This document shows, piece by piece, positions 63,601 to 64,000 of a stretch of 64,000 nt of DNA. How positions within the stretch are numbered: position 1 is the stretch's first letter; every line of letters starts with the position of its first letter. Origin of the DNA: Antedon mediterranea (lineage: Eukaryota; Animalia; Echinodermata); contig NC_092674.1 in assembly GCF_964355755.1 (NCBI RefSeq), positions 6,758,001 through 6,822,000 of the forward strand. Direction: 5' to 3'. The notes under the pieces are model-generated. The model was given only the letters and a program-made list of their open reading frames with translations, was not told the origin of the DNA and made no database searches. The translations under genes and the position numbers were made by a program.

Positions 63601-63812
63601 GTCTGAACAAATGTGAAGCCATTACAACACCAGGAGCTCGTTTCCATCATGATCCTGCTGGCTTTGCCATCAACAGATATGCCTACTATGTTTGCTTCAA
63701 GTGTAAGAAGGCCTACTATGGTGGTGAGGCAAGATGTGATGAGGGTGGAGCCCAGGAGTATGACCCTGCTGAACTTGTTTGTGGTGGATGCTCAGATGTA
63801 TCAAGGGCTCAG
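18690..63812 (+). CDS. MYCBP2: E3 ubiquitin ligase MYCBP2/PAM/Highwire/RPM-1 (3' end lies beyond the window), about 67 exons
   Basis: RCC1-like repeats (~24558-29790); PHR1 ending [16 protein letters not shown] (32683) and PHR2 ending [17 protein letters not shown] (38076); [15 protein letters not shown]; large exon 51570-53534 ([38 protein letters not shown]); DOC domain ([13 protein letters not shown]); B-box exon 59217-59345; [24 protein letters not shown]; tandem-cysteine domain [19 protein letters not shown]. First exons 18690-18805, 19388-19448, 19816-20025; last seen exon 63501-63812. Confidence 0.96.
21806..21975. mobile_element. Small MITE (ctttcacacctg..caggtgtgaaag TIR)
   Basis: Imperfect terminal inverted repeats; related ends at ~63913-63963. 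Confidence 0.6.
23221..23484 (+). repeat. Intronic minisatellite, 12 x 22 bp
   Basis: Unit tattcattgtaccatactgagg, ending 23 nt before the acceptor at 23507. Confidence 0.97.
24252..24405. mobile_element. Harbinger-type MITE, family 2
   Basis: TIR gcttggttcccactaga / tctagtgggaaccaagc; tta flanks. Confidence 0.75.
25869..26038. mobile_element. PIF/Harbinger-type MITE, family 1 (representative copy)
   Basis: TIR agctctgtctacactatcaaac, TSD taa. Other copies at about 15070, 17900, 20034 (deleted), 26119, 26868, 27948, 28564, 29151, 29839, 32315, 38350, 41465, 42472, 50126, 53601, 56384, 59033, 59370-60046 (fragments), 60382, 62538. Confidence 0.9.
26711..27066 (+). mobile_element. tRNA-derived SINE with a family-1 MITE inserted at ~26868-26994
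   Basis: Colinear with the uninterrupted copy at 40536..40770 (ctcccagt.cactc.gctgtaaatg; ggaactggccaccctaccac; gtacaatgagctcc). Confidence 0.8.
27640..27830 (-). mobile_element. CORE-like SINE fragment
   Basis: Minus strand gtgtccttaggcaagacacttt..tgcctctctccaccaaggtgtacaaatgggtacc resembles the MIR/CORE domain. Confidence 0.6.
28564..28723. mobile_element. Family-1 MITE copy
   Basis: Same TIRs and internal atcactaccatattt repeats. Confidence 0.85.
29151..29291. mobile_element. Family-1 MITE copy
   Basis: Same TIRs; taa/tta flanks. Confidence 0.85.
29839..29994. mobile_element. Family-1 MITE copy
   Basis: Same TIRs; TSD taa. Confidence 0.85.
30060..30269 (+). ncRNA. Intronic box H/ACA scaRNA candidate, predicted guide for U6 snRNA Psi40
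   Basis: 5' hairpin closed by ggaagc/gcttcc; H box ACATTA 30202-30207; 3' hairpin aggagg/cctcct and cttgtc/ggcaag with loop TGAGCTGT (CAB box); ACA at 30264-30266. Pocket strands tttctg and tcgttcc pair with U6 GGAACGA-U40-A-CAGAGA, 14 nt from ACA. Confidence 0.8.
31420..31575 (-). mobile_element. RTE-like LINE ORF2 C-terminal fragment
   Basis: Minus strand AGHC..VLMW..RPALTYI..DTG..EL...MADRKLWR; related fragment at ~57240-57360. Confidence 0.55.
33143..34090 (+). repeat. Intronic minisatellite, about 59 x 16 bp (ttctaactaacgtatg and variants)
   Basis: Directly visible; degenerate at the 5' end, homogeneous blocks at the 3' end; ends 43 nt before the acceptor at 34133. Confidence 0.97.
36967..37197 (-). 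mobile_element. L2-like LINE 3' end, inserted in a TIR element (~36746-37250)
   Basis: Minus strand [27 protein letters not shown], then taggcgccatataaa and (aatag)n. Confidence 0.7.
40536..40770 (+). mobile_element. tRNA-derived SINE
   Basis: A-box-like tagccgagtg, B-box-like ggttcaattcc; second copy at 26711. Confidence 0.75.
42650..43720. repeat. Dispersed/tandem ~55-bp repeats in the 4.2-kb MYCBP2 intron
   Basis: tttatttgttgataagcccaatttt.cagtctt..tttacattttgaa repeated at 42650-42870, 43400-43495 and ~43680. Confidence 0.8.
44011..44373. mobile_element. Palindromic MITE
   Basis: aggcccatacactaggacgataacga / tcgttatcgtcatagtgtaattgggcct; internal inverted ccaatcaaatgacgtcatgat. Confidence 0.7.
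47311..47460. mobile_element. Tc1/mariner-type MITE
   Basis: TA|CAGTA..TACTG|TA ends; internal ctattaaggggacac motif shared with ~25165-25430, ~27858 and ~54008. Confidence 0.6.
48995..49380 (-). mobile_element. L2-like LINE 3' end
   Basis: Minus strand [24 protein letters not shown]; aagcgctatataaat followed by (taaa)n. Confidence 0.7.
50960..51427 (+). mobile_element. Rex1/Babar-like LINE 3' fragment with (tctta)n tail
   Basis: [32 protein letters not shown]; aataaa followed by (atctt)n. Confidence 0.8.
59265..60046 (+). repeat. 4 x ~194-bp tandem duplication of the B-box exon 3' part, donor and MITE fragment
   Basis: Units start at 59265, 59458, 59652 and 59846. Confidence 0.95.
60905..61190 (-). 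mobile_element. tRNA-derived SINE with Deu/Nin-like domain
   Basis: Minus strand gtggccgagcggttaag..ggttcgag; ttctcggataaggactataaaccgtaggtcc..taaagaacc..gagtagggg; further copies at ~62980-63270 and ~46765-46945 (degenerate). Confidence 0.75.
62538..62696. mobile_element. Family-1 MITE copy
   Basis: Same TIRs. Confidence 0.85.
62980..63270 (-). mobile_element. tRNA-derived SINE with Deu/Nin-like domain (second copy)
   Basis: Close match to 60905..61190. Confidence 0.75.
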
Positions 63813-64000
63813 GTAATGCTTGCATTTATGTTTTATTGCCCACATCTCTTTATAATTATTGCATTTGATACTCAGTACTTCACAGAATGTTTTCACTGGT
63901 GTTGTATAATACCCCTTTCACACCAAAAGCAAAACGTTGACACCCCGCTGTTTGGTGTGAAAGGTAAAATCAAGCAACTCCGGAGTTTAAAACTGCGGGG

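Overview
AT-rich, intron-dense animal genomic DNA. It is not prokaryotic; creatine kinase and Deu-type SINEs suggest an invertebrate deuterostome, possibly an echinoderm (inference). Three spliced genes were reconstructed by hand. (1) A minus-strand type-I receptor, 69..5180, 11 coding exons, 531 aa: signal peptide, EDAR/TROY-like TNFR Cys-rich repeats, Ig domain, TM helix and death domain. (2) A minus-strand mitochondrial-type creatine kinase, 13505..17397, 7 exons, 415 aa. (3) Divergent from it, the giant E3 ligase MYCBP2/Highwire/RPM-1, 18690..>63812, about 67 exons, running off the window. Intergenic and intronic DNA holds nested transposons (a LINE split by an Academ-like element that carries a Rex/Babar LINE), about 20 copies of one Harbinger-type MITE, SINEs and LINE ends. 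Two hidden signals stand out. One is an intronic box H/ACA scaRNA candidate at 30060..30269 with a CAB box and a 13-bp pocket matching U6 snRNA U40. The other is repeated tandem amplification of splice signals: nine donors in the TNFR gene, four exon-end/donor copies and a roughly 59-unit CTAAC array in MYCBP2. All calls come from manual reading; no database searches were run.
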